Shown piece by piece: positions 1 to 13,900 of a stretch of DNA of 53,533 bases (position 1 is the stretch's first letter; the number at the start of each line of letters is the position of its first letter). Location: contig KZ538768.1 of the NCBI GenBank assembly GCA_000934665.2, positions 124,001-177,533 on the forward strand, written 5' to 3'. The stretch comes from Catajapyx aquilonaris. Its lineage: Eukaryota. The position numbers and the translations under genes were made by a program. The notes below the pieces were generated by a model. It did no database searches. It was given only the letters and a program-made list of their open reading frames with translations, and was not told the origin of the DNA.

Positions 1-1429
1 CGTGCGCACGCATATGATTATACAATATTTATTTTGACTGTGATTTTGCCTTTTTGGCATACAATAATATTTGAGCGAATAATATGACAGGTCTGCAATG
101 GTTGTTGTGCAGGGCATGTTTTTAACTTCCAGCTTATGCCATTCACTCTATGGCTCTCGAATGTAGTTTTTATTTTTACACGCTTTTTATTTTTCAGGCT
201 AATATGTCGCATGGTCTGTCGCACTTGTTAGCGACAGACTGCTTCCGGTTTTGTCCGGTGCTGCCACCTACACCTGTCATCCCTCATAAGAAAAGAGCAG
301 CTACAGGTCAAATAACAGCTATCTGCCAACCCAATTAATAGGCCTAAACTACACAAAAATTATAAGGATTTGTGCCAAGGATTTAATTGAAAATGCAGCC
401 CAACAACGCTGGTCGTTGTTGCTCAGACGTGTGGTCACACCCGGAGAGCTAATTGGTTGCCGGGTTGGTTCCTCCTGCTCCGGACACGCAGCTTTATTAG
501 TCAGAGAGGGCCTTCCTGGAGAGAAGACGTGTGGATTTAGGAGCGGCAAAGCAAGCAACGTAGCATCGTCCTCTTTCTCTCTCTTCGGCTCTGGCTGGCG
601 TGGTCCAAGGTGGTGCTGAGGACAAGACGCTGCTGGTACCAGCCATGGCAGGACGGGAAGCACCAAGGAGGACCAGTCTGGTGAGGATCCTCCCCCCAAC
701 TTACATCGCTTCTCCCCCAATATCGCCCACACAGCATGGCCAGGGCTGGCTGGCTCAGCACGTGTTTCATCACCCACTTGCATTTTGTCACAACAACAAT
801 GATGATGATCCTCCACATACTCAACTGAATGCATCTCGGAGCAAACTAGCCAAACTGCTGCCAGGTGCCGGTCATCATGTTGCCTTCTGCAGTCTCTTCC
901 TCCCTCTGGACATGTTTTGTATTTATCATGGTCAAATTACCATTATTGACAAGGGTAGTCAAATTTCATGATTGGGAACTACACCATTGCAATAAGGCTA
1001 GGCCCACCACATGCATTTCATCACACAGCCAATACAGGGTGAAGGGAAGCTCGTAGACAATCGCCAGGTAGACTGATATATAGTACTTGCAAAACTAATA
1101 TATGGATGTGCAATTAGTTTTTGACTCCGTTGCGTCGTTAACGCCTACGGGGCTTTAGAGAGGGCCGGATGGTAAAATATGAGGTAAAAACGACAAAGTG
1201 CATGGGTGTCGCACTCCGATTCTTACTCTGATGGGATTTGATCACCTATTGCACATGATGCGTTAAGGGACCAAGGCTGGATTGTTCGGAGGCAAGGCAT
1301 AACAGCATGAAACTACGAGTATATGATATCAATAATTATTTTTGCAGCACTGTTTGGAACCACCACTGCCTTAGTTGATGCAATTTTTCCACTGCTGTCA
1401 CTTTTATCGACATATCTTGTATTCTTTAG

Positions 1430-1939
1430 AATCTCTGTCCACGAGAAAAGGAGAGGAAGTTCTTGGAGCCAGTGAGACTTCAACCTAAGCAAAAGCCTAA
1501 CATTCCTTGTACATTGACATATTTCAACTCCCCGTCGGAGATATGGGTGCAGCTCAGCGTAAACAGTTTGATCTTGGGGGCCTTGATGAAAGAACTTGAG
1601 ACTGTGGGCCCTACCTTCATGCCCCTAAAGCCTGACACCTTTAAAGTGGGGGACATGGTTGCAGTGGAGTATGAGAATGAATGGTGTCGTGCGAAGGTCA
1701 CCTCTATTGCCCTCCGAATAGGCATTCAGTATGTGGATTATGGCAATAGAGACGAAGTCAGTGCTTCACAAGTGTTTGACCTGCCGGAGGAGTGCAAGAA
1801 CTTGGCTCCACTGGCCACGCAATGCAGCCTGGCACGCGTGAAGGAAAGGGACTGGCAGACAGGCTGGGGCCAAGCTGCTTGTGCTCTTCTTGCCAAGTTC
1901 ATGAAGAAGAAGACCATCTCCGTAGAGTGCATTGCCCTG
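1430..1939 (+). CDS. gene 1 exon D: extended Tudor domain
   Basis: ttctttag acceptor, gtgagt donor, 170 codons; SPSEIWVQ..EWCRAKV..YVDYGN..LAPLATQCSL. Confidence 0.85.
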
Positions 1940-4900
1940 GTGAGTCTTGGTTTGTTAAGACTGTTGACAAGAGCTTTTTGGAGCTTATTTATAGCATTAC
2001 ATGAAAAAGAGTGTTACTGCTTCAATTTTCATTATTACACATCATCCATTGATAGGATTGTGATTTGAAGATGTCCCCAGGTGCATACCAACAGTAATAT
2101 ATACTTGTGTGAAGTTATTTTAGAGGATGGTTGAAACTTGCATTGTTTTACACGGTAGAATCAAATGAAAGTGGGATAGTGAATTGTACGTGGGGTAATT
2201 TGCCATTAAAGAATTAAAATACTTACCTTGTTGATAGATTAGTGTGCACTACTCCACTCTATCTGACCCACTCTTGGGAATTGCAGATGCCTACTTTCAT
2301 AATGCCCATTACAACAAGTGCAATTATTACTAGTCACAAGAACAAGGCAACATGCATTCTAAAATCATGATCAAAATTTAATGACAATTATGTTTAATAT
2401 TAATTTTAAATGCTGCCCTTGTACTGAGAGTTTGAAAAAAAATTCAGGTAGATAATAGCTCTTGACATTTATGATCCCAAAGTAGTAGTTTTGGACATTA
2501 GGTTTGATAATTAGATTCATATTAATATTACCCTTACATGCACTTCCAGAATGAGACAGTTGCACTAGTGGACTTCTATGATTATGACAAGGGTAAGAGT
2601 GCATCTGATCTGCTATTCGAGAATGGCTTTGCCTTACGGGTACCAGAGGTAGTGTCACCATTGGAAGCTGCACCATCAAGGACGAGGTACTGTATGAGAT
2701 CAACAGGCCGATTATCTGATTGGTTGTTTTTTTTGGTGCTACATTCGAGGAAATAGAGTCTTACTAACTATAATATCTTGAGACCTTAACCCTTTGATGG
2801 CGGGGTTTTATGGGCCTTTGTTTCGCTATGTGAAAAAATTTGTAGGAGTTATTGTAATGAAAAACAATATGCTCCAATATTTATCATTTTAAGTCGTGGT
2901 GATCCTTTTGAATGTAAAATGCCAAAAAAGTTCATCTACAGGGTGTTCCAGAAAAAAATTTAAGCTGCAATTAACTTTAAACTTAATTAAATTTATTTAA
3001 ATTTTTAAAGTCACAAAAATAATACGAAAACACTACTGTGAGAAATTCCTAAGAGTCCAGACTTACGGTACACCCTTTTCTGATGCCGCGGGAGCCAGGA
3101 GGGGGTACATTTAGCTCACGCTGGGAGGCGGAAAAACTTATTAGCATACTCCATGGCAGTTGAGTCTCCTTCCATGAGGTGGTAGGAACAGTTTGAGCCT
3201 CAAACTGCACCATTTCTGTCTAAAATCTATTGCGTCCAGTTCAAAAACCAGCGGACATCATATGATGTCCATAGGCCTCAAAGGGTCAAATTAGGTGAAA
3301 TCAGTAAGAGATTGATACTGTATCTACACTATTAATACTCTACTCTGACGAGAATTCCTCCTAGACCCATTAGACCTACGGCGTTGGGAGTGGTCTCTAA
3401 TTTAAGGCACTCATATGTACATGTGCATTTGGTCATACGAGGATATTGAGGACCTCCTCCTCAATATCCGCTGGCAACCCCATATCTGTTTGGGAAACGC
3501 TGTGAATATGATGATGATGATGATGAACTTTGTTGTAAAAATTCCCAGGAAGTGAGGAAAAAAGTACAAATGTCAAAGTTTGTTTGTACTATATTATGTT
3601 TGTCCAGGTTTGGTTACCATGGCAACCTGAGGGAACCAGAGGTAGTGTCACCATTGGAAGCTGCACCATCAGAGATGAGGTACTGGATGAGATCAACAGG
3701 CCTATTATCTGATTGTGTTTTTTTTTTGTATGCGACATTCGAGCAAAATAATAGTACTAACAATAATATCTTGAGATGTTAAATAAGGTGAAGTCAGTAA
3801 GAGATTGACACTGTATCCACCCATTGCGCATGCTCGGAACGGGGGCCAATTGGAGGCGTGCGGTAACAACAAGTGGCAGACCAATCAGAGGGCTTGCACA
3901 CGCACCGCAAGCATTTTAATATTATAGAAGAGTTTTAGAAGTTTGCATATATGCTGAAAAACTGCTGGGTTTTCTCAGAAATGAGCCAAATTTTTTCCAG
4001 TGGGAAATTTTAAAAATAAACACTAGGTGTGATTATGCAAAATTCTGCAAATTAAGTATGAATTGGTACTATCCTTATCTGAATTGTTGAGCATCATGGC
4101 TGTGAATATTTTCCAGGTCCCCAACCGACAAGGAGACAGCTCTCTACATCAGGGGACTTCCATCCACGAAGACCATAGTAAGTAATGTATAGAAAATACC
4201 GAAGCAGTTTGGAGGAGGGGATATGGTGTCCGACTGCTAATCGGGAGGTCCTGGGATCAAATCCCGGGGCCGGCAACTCTGACCGTGGTTTTCTGTGGTT
4301 TCCCACGGTCCTTCCAGGGAAATTCCGGAGTTGCTTCCGTAATTAATAGGCCAGAGCAGCTTCCTTCCGTCCCTATCCTATCCCAAAGAGCACAGTAAAA
4401 TGAAAAAATCAAAAAGTTCCAGGCAAAACAAACTTCCCCTCTAATGAGCCTATGGCTGATAACGGGGTATGAATTATTATTAATGTATGGAAAATGAGAA
4501 CGATCTGACGTCATCAACGTTTCCATGGAAATACCCCCACAGAACAATATGAGTAAACTGTGTCAACAAAAAGCTACAATGGAAGAACGATGACGTCAGA
4601 TCGTTCTCTCGTTTTCCGTACCATTAGTTATGAGATTGGACAAGTCATTGAAGAATGAGCAAGACAGTGTAAATGAAACATGATGTTGCATGCTTAAAAA
4701 CAGTACGGTATAGATACTTGGGGCTGGTTTTTCAGTTAGTTTTGCGATGCTGTTAGAGGCTTTCCCCCGCTCCGCCCTCATAATCTCTTAGCCACACCAC
4801 AGGTTTTTGAGCATGCTACTAGGGCCCACAAAATAGTTTAACCATCCCGATAATAGTCGCAGCTCTAATGACAGGAGGGGCTGCCTCTTAACTTTCAACT

Positions 4901-7900
4901 AAGCGGGAAATTCACACAGCCGGTATTTCTGTATACTGGAGCGATCTTTACCATAGTATACACTGCCCTCCCTATTATCCATGCTAATGAATGCACAAGT
5001 GTGGCCGGATAATCGGGAAATGGTCCTAGATACCATCAAAATGAGCTGTTAACAGGTTTTTAATGTGCTAAAAATAATAATAATTGGATTAGTGCACCGC
5101 CCATTTTATGGGATAGTACATTTATTTGCTTTTTAGGCGTACAAACATCGTTGGTCCTTTTCCGTCATGCCGGGGTACCGCAAGCGAAGGGGGATGAGTG
5201 GGAGGGATGTGCAGTGCAATGTCTTTGCTATGGTCATTTTGTGAATTCCGTCGGGTGGTTAGTCTCATGGAATCCCACCCGAGACGAAGCCAGAGATGGC
5301 CCTGAACTCTGCACGAGATGAAGGGGGGGAATTCCTGAGCTTGGGATCGAACCTGGGACCCTTACATCCGAGGGTGCATACGTTACCGCAGCGCCACTCT
5401 GCATCCCCGTTTTTTATGTACTCCTGTACATAGTGTATGCTGCTTTAAATAAGTTTTAATCAAAATAATTAAATACAATATCGTATATTTTTAGATTGTT
5501 GTCTGGATAAAGTCTGTTATGCTTATTTGTGAGACACTGACATTTTCCCCCCGACTTTCTATAGGTTTCACGGAAGTGGAGATTTTCATTGTCTTGTCTG
5601 AGTCGACAAAACCTACATTTTAAACTATAAATACAGTAAAACTTCTATAGGTTGAACTTCCCTATAAATCGAAGAAAATGATGAGCTTGGTTGGTCACAA
5701 TGTAAAATGAAATAGGAAATAAACTTCCCTAACTCGAATTTCTATAACTCGAAGTTCTCCATAACTCGAAGTGCTGGCAGGGCCTTACGATGGGCTATCA
5801 ATGCATTTTCAGTCTCCCTAAGTCGAAGTTCATGTTGGCGAGTACGGAAAATTGTCTCATTTCCCAGCCGAAGGGTCGAGAGTAGGCCACATCCCACATG
5901 TACAGAAAGGTTCAATTTCCTGACCTCCGTCTACCAGGCATACCGAAAGAAGTGTTTGACTCGATTGTGACAATTGAATCTTTGAGTCTAAGAGTAGGCA
6001 AATGTCCATAAAGGAGATTTTTCACAACAAAACAATGAGGAACATTGTAAGTGTGATAGTGAGAGTTATTTTTAAGTTTTGAACACCTTTTGTCGCTGGA
6101 TATAAAGGTAGGCTTCCTTATAGAGTTATGTGCTAAAAAAAATCCAAACTTTTCTAACTCGAATCTTCTATAACTCGAAGTTTTTTCCCAGTCCCATGGA
6201 GATTCGACTTATAGAAGTTTTACTGTATTAATGAATACAGGTGACCGTCACATATTGACACATGGTCTTTTTCTTATAACAAGAAATAAACATCTAACGG
6301 GGAAACATACAGAGTGTTTTAAAAATCTGTAGCCGAATTAGAATTTGTTTTCCATTTCCGTCACTTTCCTCCCCATAATCGCAATTCTGGGGAGGAAATT
6401 GATGTTATATATCGGATAAGTGTCCCTGGTGGAAAACTGAGCGGCATATATGGGAAAGCATTAAAAGCGGGAAGCGCTATAAGCGAGAAAATTTCCCATT
6501 GGGCCTTATGGGGCTGATCAAGGGACCGGAAAAAAGGAGCATTAAAAGCAGGAAAGCATTATATGCGGGAGCGTTATATCGAGGTTTTACTGTACACGCG
6601 ATGCTGCCTTTTCCATAGGTTCTGAAGTAATTATACCACAGTTTTCTCATTTGTTTTCCTTCCACAATTGCATTAAACATGTCTTTTCCCCTTTACATGG
6701 GTGTTAAGCCTTTTCACAAATGGATGTTGCGGCGTTTGTAACACGTGACATGAATTTTTTTCACACCTCTCCTTTCTACCGATTTTCTTGAAATTCGGTC
6801 CATTGGCCCACCCCAAGAGATGAAAAACGCTCCTATAGTTACCTGCTCAAAATGATCCTGTGACCCCTTTTTTGGGTGGCAGAGGTCAACTCGTCAAATT
6901 CCAACCGATTCTGTTGGAATGTGGTGGATAGGTAGCCCACCCCAAGGAATGAAAAACACTCGAAAAGTGACATGCTCAAAATGACCCTGTGACCCATTTT
7001 TGAGGGGGGCAGAGGTCCATGCACCGAATTACAAGAAAATCTGTGAGTGGCACTTAGAAAGTGTCCCTTTTGAGCAGAGGGGTTATTCACTAAGGGTAGT
7101 CCATGTACACCTTTGTATATTTTGTAGTCCAGGGGTAATCTGGGTAGTCCGGGAATAATTCAGGGGTAATCTGGGGGGTAGTATGAGGGTAGTCCGGGGG
7201 GTAATTTGGGAAGTCCGAGGATTATTATTCATTAATATCTCTCTCCATCAAAGGACATGGGTTAACTCCTTATGCAAAAGTTGCGCCGTTAGATTTTGCT
7301 CAAATTTGGTCAGTTAATAAAGCTCGACCCCAGGGTCAATTTCTCTGAAGGACGAAGAAAATCTACCATGCCGTTTGGCTGCTAGAGGCGCTCAAAGTCG
7401 GACTTTTATGAACTTTCAGGTGCCTCCTATCGGGCTAATTTTCATGTATGTTGTAGAGTTTCATGCGCTGAGTCGAATGAGCCATGTGGCAATTTTCTAT
7501 GACAAACCATTTGTCAGTTATTGTTATGGTGCACTTACAATCCCAGTACCGTACAGCAGATACAGTAGGTGCAAGATCCGTTGTTGAACTTGGTTATGCA
7601 TCTAGGCGCCAAATGGCTTGTCACAGAAAATCGGCACATGGCTCATTTTACTCAGCTCGTGAAACTCTACAACATACATGAAAATGAGCCCTGTAGAAGC
7701 CACCTGAAAGTCCATTAAAGTCTGACTTTGAGTGTCTCTAGCGGCCACATGGCACGGTAGATTTTCTTCGGCCTTCAGAACAATTGACCCTTAGGTCAAG
7801 GTCCATCAACTGACCAAGTTTCAGCCAAATCCAACAGCGCAACTTTTACATAAGGAGTTAACCCTTGTCCTTTCTGGAAAAAGGGAAAGAGAACTCAGGC

Positions 7901-10900
7901 CCTGGGGTAAGGCAGTGGCTCAAAAACTATGCCATCAAATGGTTAATCCAGTTGTGTAAGCTTCTTTTTAACCTTTTTTTCCCTCCCTTTCCAGGAGGAA
8001 GTTTCTGCTCTCTTTGAGAGAGAGACTACCCTACGCCCACACACAGTGCGCAAAGACCTAGTCCGTGGGTCGTGGTTTATTGCCGCATTTTACACGCACA
8101 ATGATGCCCAAAAAGCCATGGAGAAGTTACATGGCTTTTGTGTAGACAAATCCTCCACTCCCCTGACTGTGACATTCAAGACAGCGAAACGGACCCTGTG
8201 TGAGGGTGATGGCCAGAGGGTTGGGGAAAAGAGAGTGACATTCTCTGAAGAGCATGCAAGTAGCCTAAGTCAAGCACAGGTGACTATTTGTCTAGCATTA
8301 TCCACTTCCATACTTTTGATGTCCCAGATAACTCCTGATTATACTTCCAGCAGTATCCTGCCCAGAGAAATAATTGTTTGGCACTTGCTGAGACTGGTGA
8401 TGGTGACAAAGCTGGCCCACAAAGGTTTGTAGAGTTGAATAAAATAACTAGGTAATGAGGGTAGTACACTACTTGAAATAAGGGATTTATTCGCATATTG
8501 AAGTGCTTGCAGAAGTGCTCTGATTTCACAGTTTCTCTCGACTTCCTGAGTTTTGCTTTAAAATGTGACATCTCTTAGGTGATGGTTATTTTCCAAATTT
8601 ATGCTAATGATGTGATTCTTTGAATATTTTTCAGGTTTGATGTGACGACTGATTACAAAGCGCTGTACATTACCAACATCCCAAAACATTTTAATGAGGT
8701 AAGTTACAGAGCCAGAGAACAAGGGGACATGTCCATAGTTTTGTGCCCAACAAATCCTTTAAGTAATTAGTACAGCTAAACTTGTAACCAATGAGCATGA
8801 ATAATTGAACAGCATCTCCCAGAAATGAGAGAGAGAAGCTGCTGAAACATATATGAGGTTCAGCATAAAAATTGCTTAAATGTTAATTACCAAGTAGTCC
8901 CCAAATCATATTTTTCAAGGTACTTTCCATAGATGTTACTGTAGAGGCAAGTCCTTAAAAATGTCCAATATGGGATACATTGAGTTGGGCAGCAGTGATG
9001 TCAGAGGGCGATACAATATCATATCATTATTTTGATCGTAGATCGCTCAGAATAGCTCAAAAACCAATATGTATTTCTTCAAACAAAAAACACCAAAGTT
9101 CATTTAAAAATAAGCATGATTTCTTACATGTGTTTTCAAAATTGAGGCTAGGACCCCATTGACACCCAAATTGCGCAAATACTGATTCATTAAAAAGTTC
9201 ATATCCTACATAACAAGAAAGCAACGAGGTAGAAAGCCTGATTCAATGACTCGAGCGGGGTACCAACAATATTGTCAATAATCGATGTAAAAGGTAAACC
9301 ACTTTTAGTTCTGAACCACTGCAGTTTTTAAGCATCCGAGTTATGTACAAATCCAACTTACAGAACTCAGGAACCTCTCCCCATGAATAGACCAGGGACT
9401 TCCTCTGCATCACACGTATTTCTCATCCCTTGCAGTTGGTAGCTTTCTGCAGTGATTCACCCCAAATGCCACACTCAGGGTATTCCCTCGTATCCCTCGT
9501 ATGCTCCAATCAGCATAGCCAATAAGCCTTCCAATCTGTGATTAGCAGATAATATTTATACTAGCCTTTACTGTACCAAAGTAACTGCTTCACAATAAGG
9601 AGCTTGGTGCTTAAAAATTCAATAACTGAAATGGCCATTTCAATTGATCACCCTGTACATTTTACTATTGTTACTTCCAGAGAAGGATGCGGCAAGAGAT
9701 TGAGGCAGTGGCTTCAGTCCATCCAGACTCGATGCATATGGAAGAACATTGGTGCATTGCTGGCTTTCACAACAGTAGTGCTGCACGAACAGTATTGCGA
9801 AAGCTAAAAGGTCATCGACCCATAGACTGCTCTGGTACCTTGCACGTGGAGTTTAAAACAAAAAAGGTCTTCAGCAATGAAGGTAATGGCCACATCAGTC
9901 GTCAGGTGCTGGAAGGTGCCCATCATCACAGGAGCTCTTCACAGCACAGGTCAGTAGATATGAATTTAATACTTTCTAACATGGTTTTTATATGAATTGT
10001 GTACTTACTATGGTTATATTCAATCGTGCCTACATTAAGAAATTCGATTTAGAAGTATCACTATTGTATTGACCATAAGTTGTCATTGGGGGTCAGATAA
10101 TTATTATTCTCTAAAAAAAACATCAAAATAGGTATGCAAATATTTTCTTAAAGTTGATCAAATATGCTCTCGAATATTCTCTGCAAGGTAAAGAAATATA
10201 TATTCCTGGGCCGTATTCTTGTGATCTTGATGTCTGTAAAGCTCAGTAATCACCAGGACAGCTTCTTATTCCATTGCTATTAACTTCTGATCATGACGTA
10301 CTGTATTGTGAGAGAATGTGACGAGATTCTTCTTAATTTCTTGTTGTGTCATTCACTGCCTCCTCTCAGTACACTTCTCTCTACTAACAAGGTCCTTTTT
10401 ACGACTATCAGGACAGTACAATATTCCCCAACCTCGTAAATCTATTAGCGAAATGAATGAATTTTTTCCAGTACTATGGTAAGTGTAATGAAATATGCTT
10501 AATTTTAATTGCAGGGATAGGAGCATTGGCCGGGATTATTGTACTCGAAGAAGCGGACAGGAAAACAGAAAGTATGAGAGTTCATCAGAAAAGAGTGGAA
10601 GGAGGAATTTTTCCACAAAAATGGAGACCAATGCTCTGCCTAACAATCGTACACTCTTCGGTACTCCTTATCAACTTATCCCAGAGAAGGGCCTTGTCAG
10701 CTGCACTGTGTCCTATGTGGCATCTCCTTGGGAGATATGGCTGACGCTTCCAGCTAATGCTGCCATCAGATCTGCCATGATGAGAGCAATGTCATGCCAA
10801 TGTCCTTTTCTGGAGCATGTCGGGCCATCTTCAGTTGAAAAGTCACAGCGGATAGGTGTCAAGGTCGTTGAGGAGTGGCACCGCTTCTGGGTTATATCAA

Positions 10901-13900
10901 CAGATCCCTTAATCGCCCAGAACATAGACATTGGTGGAGCTCCTGATGAAGTGGCTTTTGAGGATGCGGTCAGTCTTCCAGAGGAATTTGAGAATGTGCC
11001 ACCTCTTGCCATTCGCTGCCGTCTTGCAGATGTGGAACAGAGCCGTGCGAATCGCTGGAGCAACGAAGCCTGCCAATTGCTGAAGACATTTACACAAGAC
11101 AATATGAAGGTTGAGTGCCTTGGACAGGTGAGAATGATTTTAAAACCACTGATAGGGTAAAAGAATCACGCACAGTGAGATAGGTATGTGGAGGGTGCAT
11201 GTGCTTCAGGCACTATTTTGTTTGGATAAGTAGTGCATAATGGGGAACTAGCCTTGGTCTGGGATTTGGGATTTTTGTTCATAACTAGCTAGCCCATGAC
11301 TGTAAACATACATTCCATCACTTTGTTGCATCAAAATGACATTACTGGATAAATTACAGCACATTTAAAAGTGCCTTCAAAATTGGCGGGAAAAACGGCG
11401 GAGCCGGGTGGTGCCAATCGAAAGGGTGCACTGAAATGCCTGGTTGACTGCGAGATATGAGGAATTTGACTTTGAATTAACCGCGGACACGACGGAAAGC
11501 ATTTGCAAGGCGGATGTAGGCCATCGAGGTGGAGAAAAGGACCTCAATGTGCCGAATTCGGGTGACAGATAATTCCTACCAGTTGGCATCACTGCCACAT
11601 ACAAAGCGACTTGAGCGACCTGGAATAAATACGCGCCCCGGCCGCTATCTTGCTCACGGAATGGGACGGTTGCTAACAACAGCGAAGCATTTTACGACAA
11701 TGACGGGGCGCGTTCTATAACACCATTTTTGCGTTCATTTCACTTCGCGTGACGTCAACATTTTCTAGGCTGACAGTGACGTCACCAGTAGCCTACATAA
11801 AAACCCCAATTACTCCGGAACTGAAACTGATATCTTGAAACGGAATATGCCAAAAAAATCCAAAAAATGTGGGCGAATTTATTATGTAGTTTCCAAAATG
11901 AAGGCTACTTCCCCATTGTGTAAATGAGAACAGTTAGAGCAAGAATTGGAAACGAATGATAAAAAAAGTGACAAAAGAGCTGCAGCATGATATTAGTCTC
12001 TTTGGGCAAAGCTTACTGAAGTAATAAGCTGCTCGACTGCATAAGGCCTCTGTGTTACCCTGTGCGTGCCTGCCATCTGGCAAGTGGGGTGCTCTCAACA
12101 TCAGATCATCGCCGATATTTGGGCGGGCATTTCAAGTGAAGATATTGTAGCCCCCGATTTAAAAGCTGCTCTAATTACTTTTTCACATCCCGAAAACACT
12201 GTCGTTCTGAAAACTCACATGATATAAAGATTCCACATAGTTATAGCCTCAAAACACATTTATTTACAGCACTAATACTGTAAAAACAGGATGTACAGGC
12301 AAGTTTGAAATATTTATATGTTCTTGCACCCACATCTTTATTTTTAGTGAAATGTTTAACCATGGCATGGCATGTTGACGGCCCATGAGGTGGCAGCAGG
12401 GTTTGAAGTGGAGTAGGCCTAGTGGTAGGGATACTGTTAGGCATGGAGAGCTCAGTCAAGGTAGACCGGTCATTCTTAATGCAACAGCTCCATCTCCCAT
12501 CTCCATGGGCTCTTCGTGATTAACATGGGGTGTGCCTTGCTGCTCAGCTGTTGACTCTCTGTCACGGTTTTCTGTGGGTAGATAATTATGTACTTGCAAG
12601 GGAAGTGTCTGTAGGGCCATCGGCCAATCGGCCCGAAAATGACACTAGGGGTAAATCGCAGGCCAGAAATTTATTGGTGAAAGTAAAAAGTTGCATTAGC
12701 CAATCGTTTTCGAGATATGGGCGACTATAGGTGCCCGGCAAACCTGCTTGGTGACAATGGGGCGCATTCGGCAGAAGGAATTATAAACAGTCTTCGTGGC
12801 TCAGTCGGTAGCGCGTCCGCGTCATGATCCGAAGTCTCCGCGTTCAAGTCCGCGGGAAGCGACTTTTTTTTCCCCCCTCCCTCTCTCGTCTCGGAGCATC
12901 GTTTTCTTTTTCTTTCTTCCCCAACACCGTTTATCACCGCATATCTTCCCTTTTGCAATCAACAGGAATAAATAAACAGCTTGCTGGGAAGTGCATTACT
13001 TTTTTTTTACTGAGCTTGTGACTATTCATTTTTCCGGGGTCTGGTACGTAATACCGAAAGACATAGCTTTATTACCGAAAATATACAGAGAACATATACC
13101 TTTCCACTTTTTTCCCGTCGGTATTTTATCCCGTTCCTATTTTTTTCGTAGGTATTACGTATTAGACCCGGGACCAATTTTTCCGAATATGAAGCCATGG
13201 AGAGAGTAGGTAAGCATCGGCAGAAGAAGAAAAAAAAGTAATGCACTTCCCAGCAAGCTGTTTATTTATTCCTGTTGATTGCAAAAGGGAAGATATGCGG
13301 TGATAAACGGTGTTGGGGAAGAAAGAAAAAGAAAACGATGCTCCGAGACGAGAGAGGGAGGGGGGAAAAAAAAGTCGCTTCCCGCGGACTTGAACGCGGA
13401 GACTTCGGATCATGACGCGGACGCGCTACCGACTGAGCCACGAAGACTGTTTATAATTCCTTCTGCCGAATGCGCCCCATTGTCACCAAGCAGGTTTGCC
13501 GGGCACCTATAGTCGCCCATATCTCGAAAACGATTGGCTAATGCAACTTTTTACTTTCACCAATGAATTTCTGGCCTGTGATTTACCCCTAGTGTCATTT
13601 TCGGGCCGATTGGCCGATGGCCCTACAGACACTTCCCTTGTTAGTGTACATCCACATTTTGTCTTAAAATGTGTTCTTCATTCATTAGAGAATGCTGGCT
13701 CATTATACAGAAAGTTTTAAAAATAAAGAACCGAGAAACGAATAAAGTTACAATTGTAGCCCAATATAATAGGAGTATTTTTTATTCCTTCAAGGATGTC
13801 TTGAATGCTACCTTTGTTAGTAGCATATGTAAATAATTTCAGACCTGCAATTTATCAAGTTGGTACATGGGCAGGGTTCAGTGCCTCCTTGGCCTAATTT

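Larger units (their letters stand above)
1290..8983 (+). repeat. Segmental duplicate I, copy 1 (exons D-I plus introns)
   Basis: Exons and introns align with ~30787-36489 once TE insertions are removed. Confidence 0.9.
12597..13640. mobile_element. Foldback element with ~411-bp near-perfect inverted arms
   Basis: 12597-13008 is the reverse complement of 13230-13640 (two mismatches seen); identical ORFs on opposite strands in the track. Confidence 0.9.

Noticed and set aside
349..1056. Overlapping 60-160 aa ORFs at the window start
   Set aside because: No recognisable domain and no consistent splice pattern; possibly a TE/LTR remnant in a gene 1 intron, but not supportable
12790..12863. Functional tRNA-Met gene
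   Set aside because: Anticodon stem has two mismatches, acceptor stem is imperfect, and it lies inside a TE arm; kept as tRNA-like only
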